Positions 8,297 through 17,484 of a stretch of DNA of 64,000 bases are shown here, in pieces. Under the pieces are notes generated by a model. The model saw nothing but the letters and a program-made list of their open reading frames with translations. It was not told the DNA's origin and did not search any database. The DNA is from an uncultured Alphaproteobacteria bacterium (lineage in GTDB: Bacteria > Pseudomonadota > Alphaproteobacteria > JAJFIK01), in contig CAZTCJ010000004.1 in the NCBI GenBank assembly GCA_964612085.1, forward strand, positions 19,067 through 83,066, given 5' to 3'. Position 1 is the stretch's first letter; every line of letters begins with the position of its first letter. A program made the position numbers and the translations under genes.

Positions 8297-8815
8297 GACC
8301 ATCATCATGGTGGTGCTGGTGGTGGGCGCCAGCCCGTTGGGGCAGGCTTCGTCCGCATCCGGAACGAGAAGCAGGATATCCGCCTGACGGCCGAGCGCGC
8401 TTGTCTCATCGGCGGTCATGGCGATCAGCGGGATCGAAAACCGCCTTGTGAACGCCACCAGATCCCGCAGCTCCGATGTCTCGCCCGATTTGGAGAGCGC
8501 CAGGACCGCGTCCTCGGGCGTGATCATGCCCAGATCCCCGTGGCTCGCTTCCGCCGCATGGACGAACTGGGCGGGTTTGCCCGTGGAGGCGAGCGTGGCC
8601 GCGATCTTGGTGCCCACATGGCCGCTCTTGCCGATGCCGGACACGATGACCCGGCCCGAGGCCGTGTTGAGCATTTCCACCGCTTCGCCGAAGGCCGGGC
8701 CGATGGAGGCCGAGAGGGCGTCGAGGCCCGCGATTTCCGTGCGCACCACGTCCCGGGCCACGGCGATATGGCCTTCGACCAGACCGGGGTCGCTCTTTTT
8801 TGCTGATACCGACAT
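7826..8815 (-). CDS. kpsF: arabinose-5-phosphate isomerase (SIS + tandem CBS)
   Basis: GIGKSGHVGTKIAATLASTGKPAQFVHAAEASHGDLGMI SIS signature, with a C-terminal CBS pair (...ITTLFVVENGKPTGIVHLHDLLR). Confidence 0.9.
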   Translation of the reverse strand: MSVSAKKSDPGLVEGHIAVARDVVRTEIAGLDALSASIGPAFGEAVEMLNTASGRVIVSGIGKSGHVGTKIAATLASTGKPAQFVHAAEASHGDLGMITPEDAVLALSKSGETSELRDLVAFTRRFSIPLIAMTADETSALGRQADILLLVPDADEACPNGLAPTTSTTMMMVLGDALAVALLKKRNFSAHDFKRFHPGGKLGAQLMPISALTHGADAVPLAHMDTLMSEVLVTMSAKRFGCVGIQDDDGRLVGIITDGDLRRHMGADLMDRTAGSIMTHGPKTVAPDMLTAEAVSLMNASKITTLFVVENGKPTGIVHLHDLLRVGAA

Positions 8816-8897
8816 GTTGTGTCTCCTGAACCGCCGATCGATGAAAGGCTGGCCGGGCGGTGCGGTTGGTTAGCTTTTTCGCCGGATCCGCGCAAGG

Positions 8898-9458
8898 TCA
8901 CCGCCAGATCGCGTCTTCCGTAAAGCCCAGCGCCTCGAAATCGGGCTGGCGCAGGGCTTGTTCCTTGGGATCGGCCAGGAAGAATTCGTCAAGCTGCGGC
9001 GGCGCGGCGTCCGTTCCCGAGAGCATGGCATGGATTTGCCCCCTGTGGTGGATCTGATGCTGGAACAAGTGCAACAGGACACGGTCGGCCCGTTCCTTTT
9101 GAACTCCGTCCGGGCGCAGCAAGTTCACCAGTTGCCCGAGGCGGTGGTCCGTCAGGTCTTTGCAAAAAGCGATCAGCCGCCGGTCCGTGTCCTGCTGTTC
9201 CCGGTCGAGATCGGTGAAGGCCGGAAAAGGGATTTCCGGTTCGAACGCGGCGTACCCGACACAGGCGCCTTCAAGGGCGCTCACATAGAACCAATCCACG
9301 GTCAGAATGTGATTGAGCGTCTGGATGATCGACGGAAAGAAGCTCTGGCGCGGAGCGTTCAGCGCTTCCGGCGAAAGCGTCGCACAGGCCTTTAGCAGCC
9401 TGTGATTGGCCCAGGCGTTGTTGTGGGCTTGCGCGCGGAAATAGGAAAGGACGGTCAT
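8898..9458 (-). CDS. DinB-family protein
   Basis: MTVLSYFRAQAHNNAWANHRLLKAC...HILTVDWFY...HLFQHQIHHRGQIHAML, the DinB four-helix His-triad pattern. Start set at ATG 9458. Confidence 0.8.
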   Translation of the reverse strand: MTVLSYFRAQAHNNAWANHRLLKACATLSPEALNAPRQSFFPSIIQTLNHILTVDWFYVSALEGACVGYAAFEPEIPFPAFTDLDREQQDTDRRLIAFCKDLTDHRLGQLVNLLRPDGVQKERADRVLLHLFQHQIHHRGQIHAMLSGTDAAPPQLDEFFLADPKEQALRQPDFEALGFTEDAIWR

Positions 9459-9556
9459 GGCCGGCACCTGACTGGTGTGCGTCACAGCGCAATTGTGGAT
9501 GCCCATCCATAGGCTAAACTCTGTCCAGGAAAAAGCTGTGATACCGGGAGGAAACC

Positions 9557-11002
9557 ATGGTCGGGATCGTGTCCTTCGGGGCCTATGTGCCGCGCCTGCG
9601 CCTGCAACGCAAAGCCATTGCCGAAACCCACGCCTGGCTGGCGCCCGCGCTCAAGGGCCGGGCCAAGGGCGAACGGGCGTTGGCCAATTGGGACGAGGAC
9701 GCCATCACCCTGTCCGTCGAGGCCGCGCGCGATTGCCTGGAAGGGTTCGACCGGGGCCGGGTGGGCGCGCTTTATGCGGCCTCCACCACCTTTCCCTTCG
9801 CCGACCGGCTGAATGCCAGCATTGTTGGGGCAGGGCTGAGCCTTAACCGCGCCTTGCACGCGGCCGACGCCACCGGCTCCCAGCGGGCAGGGACCACGGC
9901 GCTGCTCGATGCCTTGGGTTGCGTGGCGAGTGGCATGGCATCGTCCGCCCTGGTCTGCGCCGCCGATACACGGCGGGCGCGGGCCGCCAGCACCCAGGAA
10001 ATGGATTACGGCGATGCGGGTGCCGCGTTCCTGCTCGGTACGGAAAATGTAGTTGCTACATTCATAGGATCAGAGACCATCACCGCCGATTTCGTGGATC
10101 ATTTCCGGGGTGAGGGCGAGCGCTTCGATTATCACTGGGAGGAGCGCTGGATCCGCGATGAAGGCTACGCCAAGCTTGTGCCCCAGACGGTCAAGGCGCT
10201 GCTTGGCAAAACCAAGACCGACCCTGCCACGATCACCCATTTCGTCCTGCCCTGCCTGTTCCCGCGCGTGCCGCAAAAGCTCGCGCACGTGTGCGGCATC
10301 GACCCGGCGGCGGTGCGCTCCACCTTGGCGGCGGAGTGCGGCGAGGCGGGCGCGGCCCATGCGGCTTTGATGCTCGCCCATGCCCTGGAAGAGGCCAAGC
10401 CCGGCGACCGGATCCTGGTCGCCCGCTTCGCCCAAGGCTGCAATGCGCTGCTGTTTGAGGTGACCGACGCCATCACCCGCCTGCCGAAACGCCGGGCGGT
10501 TTCCGGCTCCCTGGCGCGCCGGCGGGAAGAGACTAATTACATGAAGCTGCTGGCCTTCAAGAACATGCTCGACTGGGAAAAGGGCATGCGGGCGGAGAAG
10601 GATAACAAGACGGCGCTCACGGCGCTCTACCGCAAGGACGATATGATCATGGGGCTGACGGGTGGGAGATGTACCGTCTGCGGCACGGTGCAATATCCGC
10701 GCTCACGCATTTGCGTCAATCCCAACTGCAACGCGGTCGACAGCCAGGAGCCTTACGAGTTTGCTGACCGGCCCGCCAAGGTGCTGTCCTGGTCGGCGGA
10801 TTATCTGACTTATTCCATGGACCCGCCCCAGCATTACGGCATGGTGGTGTTCGACGAGGGCGGACGGATCATGGCTGATTTCACGGATGTGGAACCGGGC
10901 ACGGTCGAATCCGGCATGGACGTGCGGATGGTCTTCCGCATCAAGGATTTCGACGAGGCGCGGGGCTTCCGGCGTTATTTCTGGAAGGCCGTTCCGGTGT
11001 GA
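9557..11002 (+). CDS. HMG-CoA-synthase/KAS-III-like domain fused to a DUF35 zinc-ribbon + OB-fold domain
   Basis: N-terminus IVSFGAYVPRLRL...WDEDAITLSVEAARDCL is HMGCS-like. The C-terminus has CTVCGTVQYPRSRICVNPNC (rubredoxin-like ribbon) followed by an OB-fold-like segment (VVFDEGGRIMADFTDVEPG...DVRMVFR). Confidence 0.8.
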   Translation: MVGIVSFGAYVPRLRLQRKAIAETHAWLAPALKGRAKGERALANWDEDAITLSVEAARDCLEGFDRGRVGALYAASTTFPFADRLNASIVGAGLSLNRALHAADATGSQRAGTTALLDALGCVASGMASSALVCAADTRRARAASTQEMDYGDAGAAFLLGTENVVATFIGSETITADFVDHFRGEGERFDYHWEERWIRDEGYAKLVPQTVKALLGKTKTDPATITHFVLPCLFPRVPQKLAHVCGIDPAAVRSTLAAECGEAGAAHAALMLAHALEEAKPGDRILVARFAQGCNALLFEVTDAITRLPKRRAVSGSLARRREETNYMKLLAFKNMLDWEKGMRAEKDNKTALTALYRKDDMIMGLTGGRCTVCGTVQYPRSRICVNPNCNAVDSQEPYEFADRPAKVLSWSADYLTYSMDPPQHYGMVVFDEGGRIMADFTDVEPGTVESGMDVRMVFRIKDFDEARGFRRYFWKAVPV

Positions 11003-11008
11003 GTCTAT

Positions 11009-11359
11009 CTATTCCGTTGGCAGAATAACTGCGGATACTGTTTCGGCTATCAGATCTACTACTTCTATAGGACAGGCACCTTTGCGCCTTGCATACCGGG
11101 CCCGCCAATCCAGACTTTTTGTCTGGTCCATGAGTGCGACTCCAGAAACAGGCAATCCGTCCGGGAGCTCGAACGCAAAGGGCCACGCCTTAGCCTTGCT
11201 TGTTATAGGAGTAACAATTGCGTATCCCGTTTTATCGTTGAAATCTTGGCGGGACAGAACCAGAGCCGGACGGCGGCCAGCTTGTTCCGTTCCTGCTTGC
11301 GGTGACAATTCCATGTAAACAATGTCGCCGCGTTCCGGAACGTAAGATTGCTTCGTCAT
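11009..11359 (-). CDS. mazF: MazF/PemK-family endoribonuclease toxin
   Basis: YVPERGDIVYMELSPQAGTEQAGRRPALVLS...GYAIVTPITSK...DQTKSLDWR is the canonical PemK/MazF pattern. Start ATG 11359. Confidence 0.85.
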   Translation of the reverse strand: MTKQSYVPERGDIVYMELSPQAGTEQAGRRPALVLSRQDFNDKTGYAIVTPITSKAKAWPFAFELPDGLPVSGVALMDQTKSLDWRARYARRKGACPIEVVDLIAETVSAVILPTE

Positions 11360-11610
11360 AAAATTTCTTTGCCCATCGGCTCGGAGAACTCTTCCGGATA
11401 GCGCGCATCCGGATCTTCTTGAAGAATGCGTTCGCACTCATCGAGCATGGCCTTGAGATCCACCTTTGGCCGCTTGCGGCGGATCACCACCGCATCGCCT
11501 TCCACGGCGAGATCGAGTTGCGTGCCGGGTTCGATGCCGAGGGCCTCGGCAATCTTGGCCGGAATGCGCACCGCAACGCTCGAGCCCCATTTGCCTGCCT
11601 GCGTGTTCAT
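11356..11610 (-). CDS. mazE: AbrB/MazE-family antitoxin (SpoVT-AbrB swapped-hairpin)
   Basis: MNTQAGKWGSSVAVRIPAKIAEALGIEPGTQLDLAVEGDAVVIR. GGAGGAG RBS upstream of ATG 11610. The stop overlaps the mazF ATG (ATGA). Confidence 0.8.
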   Translation of the reverse strand: MNTQAGKWGSSVAVRIPAKIAEALGIEPGTQLDLAVEGDAVVIRRKRPKVDLKAMLDECERILQEDPDARYPEEFSEPMGKEIL

Positions 11611-11632
11611 GAACGGCTCCTCCTGCTTCAAA

Positions 11633-11651
11633 AGATATCTATTATATATCT
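11633..11651 (-). promoter_or_regulatory. AT-rich palindrome containing a perfect TATAAT, upstream of mazE
   Basis: AGATAT-ctattat-ATATCT on the + strand. The minus-strand reading contains TATAAT at 11646-11641, about 30 nt upstream of the mazE ATG. No convincing -35 at canonical spacing. Confidence 0.4.
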
Positions 11652-11738
11652 CTGCGGTCAAGAGCCAGTGAAAGGGGCGATTGAGCCTGTCCGCGTTTCC
11701 TCCGATACTACGCTCACCACAAGCGAGGGAGGATCGGC

Positions 11739-12941
11739 ATGGCCACAGGCATCAAAGACAAGGTCGCCATTCTGGGCATGGGCTGCTCGAAATTCGGCGA
11801 GCGCTGGGACGCGGGCGCGGAAGAGCTGATGGTTGAGGCGTTCCTCGAAGCCAAGGCGGATGCGGGCATCGACACCAATCAGATCGAGGCGGCCTGGCTT
11901 GCCACCCATATCGAGGAGGTCAGCGTCGGCAAGGGCGGCACGCCGCTCTCCACCACGCTGCGCCTGCCGAACATCCCGGTGACGCGCGTTGAGAATTTCT
12001 GCGCCTCCGGCTCAGAGGCCTTCCGGGGCGCGGTCTATGCGGTGGCGGCGGGGGCCTGCGATATCGCCCTGGCGCTCGGCGTGGAAAAGCTCAAAGACAC
12101 CGGCTACGGAGGCCTGCCCACCAACCAGCCGGGTACGCTTCAGCCCATGATCGGGGCCAATATGTCCGCCCCCGGATCCTTCGCCCAACTGGCCAGCGCC
12201 TACCGGGCCAAGCACCGGGTCGATGCGGATGTCTTGAAGCGCGCCATCGCCCATGTCTCGGTCAAGAGCCATGACAACGGCTCGAAGAACCCCAAGGCCC
12301 ATTTGCGCAACCCCATCACAGAAGAACAGGCCCTGGCCGCGCCCATGATCGCGGAACCGCTCGGCCTGTTCGATTGCTGCGGCGTGTCGGACGGCTCGGC
12401 CTGCGCCATCGTGACGACGCCCGAGATCGCCAGATCCATGGGCAAGCATCACCTGATCACCGTGAAGGCGCTGCAATTGTCCCTGTCGAACGGGCTGGAG
12501 GCCTCCCACAATTCCTGGGACGGCAGTTACTTCCACACAGCCCGCATCGCCGCCAAGCGCGCCTACCAGGAAGCGGGCGTCGACAATCCGCGCGAGCAGG
12601 TCTCCATGATGGAAGTGCATGACTGCTTTTCCATCACCGAGCTTGTGACCATGGAGGACCTGTTCATCTCGGCGGAAGGCCAGGGCTGGCGCGATGTCAT
12701 GGACGGCTTTTACGACTCGACCGGCGGCGTGCCCTGCCAGATCGATGGCGGCCTGAAATGTTTCGGCCATCCGATCGGCGCGTCAGGCCTGCGCATGCTT
12801 TACGAGATGTATCTCCAGCTTCAGGGCCGCGCCGATCAGCGGCAGCTCAAGGATCCGAAGATCGGCATGACCCACAATCTGGGCGGCTCACCGTCCATGA
12901 ATGTGTGCTCCGTGTGCATCATCGGCGAACACGGCGCGTGA
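11739..12941 (+). CDS. SCP-x-type (nonspecific lipid-transfer-like) thiolase
   Basis: Nucleophile region VENFCASGSEAF, HDCFS motif (MMEVHDCFSITEL), and GGLKCFGHPIGASG near the C-terminus. Confidence 0.85.
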   Translation: MATGIKDKVAILGMGCSKFGERWDAGAEELMVEAFLEAKADAGIDTNQIEAAWLATHIEEVSVGKGGTPLSTTLRLPNIPVTRVENFCASGSEAFRGAVYAVAAGACDIALALGVEKLKDTGYGGLPTNQPGTLQPMIGANMSAPGSFAQLASAYRAKHRVDADVLKRAIAHVSVKSHDNGSKNPKAHLRNPITEEQALAAPMIAEPLGLFDCCGVSDGSACAIVTTPEIARSMGKHHLITVKALQLSLSNGLEASHNSWDGSYFHTARIAAKRAYQEAGVDNPREQVSMMEVHDCFSITELVTMEDLFISAEGQGWRDVMDGFYDSTGGVPCQIDGGLKCFGHPIGASGLRMLYEMYLQLQGRADQRQLKDPKIGMTHNLGGSPSMNVCSVCIIGEHGA

Positions 12942-12947
12942 TCGGAC

Positions 12948-14333
12948 TTACCGGACCAGATTGACCGTCATGGTCTCCGGCTCGTCCGCGCCGCCGCGCA
13001 GGATCGTCAGATCCACCGCACAGGCATGACCGTCTTCGCACGGAGCGGCGTCCAAGGCCTGGGTGATGTCCTCGAACCGTTCGATTTCCGTATCGTTGAC
13101 GCCCATGATCACATCGCCCCATTGGAGGCCCATGGGCATCAGGCGGTGCTTGAGCGGGCCTTCGATCATCAGGCCCGTTTGCGTGTCGCTCAGCCCCAGA
13201 TGCCGGACGAGCGGCGCGGACAATTCCGTCAGCCGCAGATCGAGGGCCGCGAAATTGCGGGTTTCCGGCGGTGCCATGGAGGCGCGGGGCGGGCTCACCG
13301 GCAAGGTCTCGATGGTGACGGTCAGCCGGATGACCTGACCGGCCCGCCAGATGCGCATTTCCACCTGGCTGTTGATTTCCGTCGCGCGCACCAGGGTCGG
13401 CAATTGGCGCAGGCTGCGCAGCACCGTGTTGCGGTAGCGCAGGATCACATCGCCCGCCCTTATACCCGCCCGGGCCGCCGGGCTGTTCGGGGCGACGCCC
13501 GCCACCAGCACGCCGGAACGCCCGCGCGGCAAGCCGATGGTTTGCGCCACCTGGGGCGTGATCTGCTGAACATCGACGCCCAGCCAGCCCCGCGTCACAT
13601 CTTCGCCGCGCGCCAATTGTCCGGCGACGGAACGCGCCAGATTGCCGGGAATGGCGAAGGCGATGCCCGCATTGGCGCCGGATGGTGAAATGATCGCCGT
13701 GTTGACCCCGATGACCTCGCCCTGCAGGTTGAACAAAGGCCCGCCCGAATTGCCGCTGTTGATGGCGGCGTCGGTCTGGATGAAATCGGTGTACTGACTG
13801 GAGGGGATCAGCCGGTCCCGCGCCGAGACGATGCCGGTGGTGACGGTGCCGCCAAGCCCGAACGGATTGCCCACGGCCAGGACGATGCTGCCCACCGCCG
13901 CCTCGTCGGAATCGCCGAAGCGCACGAAGGGGAAGGTGGCGTCGGATTCGATCTTGAGGACGGCCAGGTCAGAGAACCGGTCGGCGCCCACCACGCGGGC
14001 CTGGAAGGGCAGGCCGTCACTGGTGAACACGGCCACATTGGTGGCGTTCGCCACCACATGGGCGTTGGTGACCACAAGGCCCGAGGGATCGATGATGAAA
14101 CCCGAGCCGAGGGAGCGGCGCGCCCGCTGGCCCTGCTGGCCGGGCGCGGGCATGGCGCCGCCCACCATGGTCGAGACATTGACCACGGCCGGGGTGGTGC
14201 GCTCCACCACGCCGCGGAAATCGGCCTGAAGATCGCGCGCCTGGGCGGGCGCTATCGCGGCGCCGAGAGCGATCAGACTACTCAAAACAAAGGCAAACAG
14301 GGTCTTCCAGGCCATGGGCTGTGTCTCCAACAC
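12948..14333 (-). CDS. degP: DegP/HtrA-family periplasmic serine endoprotease with two PDZ domains
   Basis: Catalytic triad context VVTNAHVV ... D ... GNSGGPLFNLQGEVIGVNTAI, with a signal peptide. The start may be 14315 (MAWKTLF) rather than 14333. Confidence 0.9.
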   Translation of the reverse strand: MLETQPMAWKTLFAFVLSSLIALGAAIAPAQARDLQADFRGVVERTTPAVVNVSTMVGGAMPAPGQQGQRARRSLGSGFIIDPSGLVVTNAHVVANATNVAVFTSDGLPFQARVVGADRFSDLAVLKIESDATFPFVRFGDSDEAAVGSIVLAVGNPFGLGGTVTTGIVSARDRLIPSSQYTDFIQTDAAINSGNSGGPLFNLQGEVIGVNTAIISPSGANAGIAFAIPGNLARSVAGQLARGEDVTRGWLGVDVQQITPQVAQTIGLPRGRSGVLVAGVAPNSPAARAGIRAGDVILRYRNTVLRSLRQLPTLVRATEINSQVEMRIWRAGQVIRLTVTIETLPVSPPRASMAPPETRNFAALDLRLTELSAPLVRHLGLSDTQTGLMIEGPLKHRLMPMGLQWGDVIMGVNDTEIERFEDITQALDAAPCEDGHACAVDLTILRGGADEPETMTVNLVR

Positions 14334-14414
14334 GCTCGAACGGACAAGTCCACAAGAGCATCTAGAGCGCGGCCTAAGCCGTCAAGACGCCGGATTATCA
14401 CCAGTGCGTGCGGC

Positions 14415-14442
14415 AAGGGCGCGGGGGTGAGCCCGCGCCCTT
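14415..14442. terminator. strong GC hairpin downstream of the M16 peptidase gene (terminator or REP-like)
   Basis: AAGGGCGCGGG-ggtgag-CCCGCGCCCTT, an 11-bp perfect stem. No clear U-tract on the minus strand. Confidence 0.35.
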
Positions 14443-14557
14443 CGCGTTTAAGGTCTCGCCAATCGGCTTTACAGCTGCCGATCAGGCCAAGTGAGACATC
14501 CCGGAGAGACCGGATCGGGTCTTCGCACGGAAAACCCGATCCCGGCGCCGATTGGCG

Positions 14558-17326
14558 TTACTCCACCAGATTGCCGTCCACGTCGCGGATTTCGATCTCG
14601 GCGAAGCCGAGCGCGCCGACCTGCTCCTCGATCTGAGAGCGGTCGCCGATGATCACCCAGATCATGCCGTCGGGCTGCAGGACCTCCTTGGCTGCCGCGT
14701 TGATGTCATCGAGATCGAGCGAGCGGTAGGCTTCCGTCAGACCCGCCGGGTAATCGTAAGGCCGGCCGAAGCGGTCGCTGGAGAGCAGCGAGCCCAGAAC
14801 CGAGCCTGAGGTCTCGAAGCGGCCGGGGAGCGAGCGGGTGTTGTTCAGCACCACCCGGGTCAGTTCCTCTTCCGTGGCCGGACGGTCGCTCGTGTAGGCC
14901 AGCAGCTCCTTGCGGATTTCCGCCATGGAGTCCGCCGTCTTGTCGGTCTGCACCGGCGCGAAGGCGATGAAGGGCCGCTTGCCGGCGGCATCAATGAGCA
15001 GGGTGCGCGCCCCGTAGGACCAGCCCTTTTCCTCCCGCAGGTTCATATTGACCCGCGCGGTGAAGGTGCCGCCCAGCACATCGTTCATGGCGTCGATGGC
15101 GATGGTGTTGTCCGCGCCCGTCGGCGGGGCCACGTGACCGGCCAGGATCATGGACTGGGGCGAGCCCGGACGGTCCACGATGATCACCCGCTGGTCGGAG
15201 CCCACTTCCACGTCCGCCACGTTTTTCGTCGGCTTCGCGCCGGACGGGGCGTCCCAGTCGCCGAAATGCTTGTTCAGCACACGGGTGATTTGCGGCAGGG
15301 TGGTGTCGCCCACCACGAAGATCGTGGCGTTGTCGGGCCGCAGCCAGTCCCGGTGGAACTTGACCAAATCCGCACGGGTCAGGGAGTTGATGGACTCAAC
15401 CGTGCCCGAACCGGTGAACGGCACGCCATAGGCGTGGTCGTCGCCATACATCAGACCCGGCAACAGACGCAGCGCGATGGAGACGGGCTGCGCTTTTTCC
15501 TGCTGGATCTGGGCGAGCCAGTTGGGCCGCACCCGGTCGATCTCGCTTTGGGCGAAGGCCGGGTTGCGGATGATGTCGGCCGCCAGTTCGACCGAGTCGT
15601 CCAGGTTCTCCTTCAGGGCGGAGAGGGTGAGTTGGGTGGTGTCGAGCGACGAGCCGCTGCCCAGTTCCGCGCCCAGACGGTCCGCTTCCGCCGAGATTTC
15701 CAGAGCGTCGCGGGTCCTGGTGCCTTCGTCCATCATGGCGGTGGCGAAGGAGGCCGTGCCGAGCTTGGCGCCCTGGTCGGCCGCAAAGCCCGCATCGAAC
15801 TGAATGGCCATCTCGACCACCGGGATGGTGGAGCGGCGGGCGAAGACGACCTGCATGCCGTTTTCCAGTTCACCCGTTTCGATCTCCGGGAACGCCAGAT
15901 CCGGCGCGCTGTCCACGGCCGGCAGGCCCGTCGTCCGGTCGACGCCCGCCGCCGCATTGGAGCGTTCGGGGAACGGCATGACCGTCAGCTCGTAATAGCC
16001 TTCATTCAGCCATTTCTTGGCGGCGGCCAAGGTGGATTTCGGCGTGGTCGCGTTGATCCAGTCCAGACGCTGCTGGTAGAAGCCGGGATTGTCCGCATAG
16101 ATCGCGCCGGAGGCGAGCGTCACGGCCTTGCCGCCGAAACCGCCGACCTGTTCCAGGCCACGGACGATGTCAGCCGTCACCTTGGTCTTGACCACGGCCA
16201 CTTCGTTCCGGGTCGGACCGTCTTCCAGGAACTCGGCCATCACCTTGTCCATCTCGCGCTTCACAAGATCGACGTCCACGCCTTCCTTCACATCGGCGAC
16301 GATGCCGAAGACATTGGTAAGTTCCAGATCGAGGCTGAAGACGCTGGCCGAGGTCGCGATCTTCTGATCGTAGACCAGTTCCTTGTACATGCGCGAGGTT
16401 TTGCCGTCGCCCAGCACGCGGGCGGCCACTTCCAGTTCGCGGGCGATCCGCGTGGTGCGGCCCGGCACGGCGTAGAAGCGGTAGATGCGGGTCTGGGGCA
16501 CCCGGTCATACATGGTCTCGTAAGTGTTGACCGTGCGCTCCGGCACCCATTTCTTCATCTTGCTGAGCGGCGGACCGGCTTCGATATCGCCGAAATATTT
16601 CTCCACCAGCGGCTTGGCGGTTTCGACGTCAATGTCGCCGGCGAGCACCAGCACGGAATTGTCCGGGCCGTAATACTGCTCGAACCAGCCCTGCACATCT
16701 TCCAGAGACGCGGCGTCCAGATCGTCCATGGAGCCGATCACCGTGTGCGAATAGGGATGTTCGTTGGGGAACAGGCCTTTGACGAGGGCGTTGAAGACCT
16801 GGCCATAGGGCTGGTTCTCACCCTGGCGCTTTTCGTTCTTCACCACGTCGCGCTGTTCGTCGAGCTTATCCTGGTCGATCGCGCCGAGCAGGTGACCCAT
16901 GCGGTCGGATTCCATCCACAGCACCCGGTCGAGAGCGGGCGTCGGCACGGTCTGGAAATAGTTGGTGCGGTCGAAGGAGGTGGTGCCGTTCAGCCCCGTG
17001 GCGCCCACTTCTTCGAGCGGTTTGAACCAGTCGTCGTCATAGTTCTCCGAGCCGTTGAACATCAGATGCTCGAACAGGTGAGCAAAGCCCGAGCGGCCTT
17101 CCGGCTCGTCCTTGGAGCCCACGTGATACCAGATGCTGACGGCAACGACCGGCGCCTTGCGGTCTTCGTGGACGACCACGCGCAGGCCGTTGTCCAGTGT
17201 GAATTCTTCATACGGGATCTCGACTTCGACGGCATAGGCCGTGGCCGGGACCGCCATGCCGGCGGCGGCCGTGAAGCCCAATCCCAGGGCCGCGCCAAGC
17301 AGCCCCGCTTTGAGTACGTTTCGCAT
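14558..17326 (-). CDS. M16-family zinc peptidase, fused two-unit (PqqL-like) form
   Basis: HxxEH zinc motif (GFAHLFEHLMFNGS) in the first half, a degenerate second M16 unit, and a signal peptide. Confidence 0.9.
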   Translation of the reverse strand: MRNVLKAGLLGAALGLGFTAAAGMAVPATAYAVEVEIPYEEFTLDNGLRVVVHEDRKAPVVAVSIWYHVGSKDEPEGRSGFAHLFEHLMFNGSENYDDDWFKPLEEVGATGLNGTTSFDRTNYFQTVPTPALDRVLWMESDRMGHLLGAIDQDKLDEQRDVVKNEKRQGENQPYGQVFNALVKGLFPNEHPYSHTVIGSMDDLDAASLEDVQGWFEQYYGPDNSVLVLAGDIDVETAKPLVEKYFGDIEAGPPLSKMKKWVPERTVNTYETMYDRVPQTRIYRFYAVPGRTTRIARELEVAARVLGDGKTSRMYKELVYDQKIATSASVFSLDLELTNVFGIVADVKEGVDVDLVKREMDKVMAEFLEDGPTRNEVAVVKTKVTADIVRGLEQVGGFGGKAVTLASGAIYADNPGFYQQRLDWINATTPKSTLAAAKKWLNEGYYELTVMPFPERSNAAAGVDRTTGLPAVDSAPDLAFPEIETGELENGMQVVFARRSTIPVVEMAIQFDAGFAADQGAKLGTASFATAMMDEGTRTRDALEISAEADRLGAELGSGSSLDTTQLTLSALKENLDDSVELAADIIRNPAFAQSEIDRVRPNWLAQIQQEKAQPVSIALRLLPGLMYGDDHAYGVPFTGSGTVESINSLTRADLVKFHRDWLRPDNATIFVVGDTTLPQITRVLNKHFGDWDAPSGAKPTKNVADVEVGSDQRVIIVDRPGSPQSMILAGHVAPPTGADNTIAIDAMNDVLGGTFTARVNMNLREEKGWSYGARTLLIDAAGKRPFIAFAPVQTDKTADSMAEIRKELLAYTSDRPATEEELTRVVLNNTRSLPGRFETSGSVLGSLLSSDRFGRPYDYPAGLTEAYRSLDLDDINAAAKEVLQPDGMIWVIIGDRSQIEEQVGALGFAEIEIRDVDGNLVE

Positions 17327-17484
17327 TCAAGCCCCCAAAAAGGTGGTTTAACAGGTGCCAACCCGTTGTGGTTACGCCGGAGGGATCATAGGAGGACCAT
17401 AGGCAACGCTCTATCAAAAAACGCCCGATTGAGCCGGTTGCACAATGGCGGCTCTGTCTTAACACCCATTGAAGTGAGAAAAGA

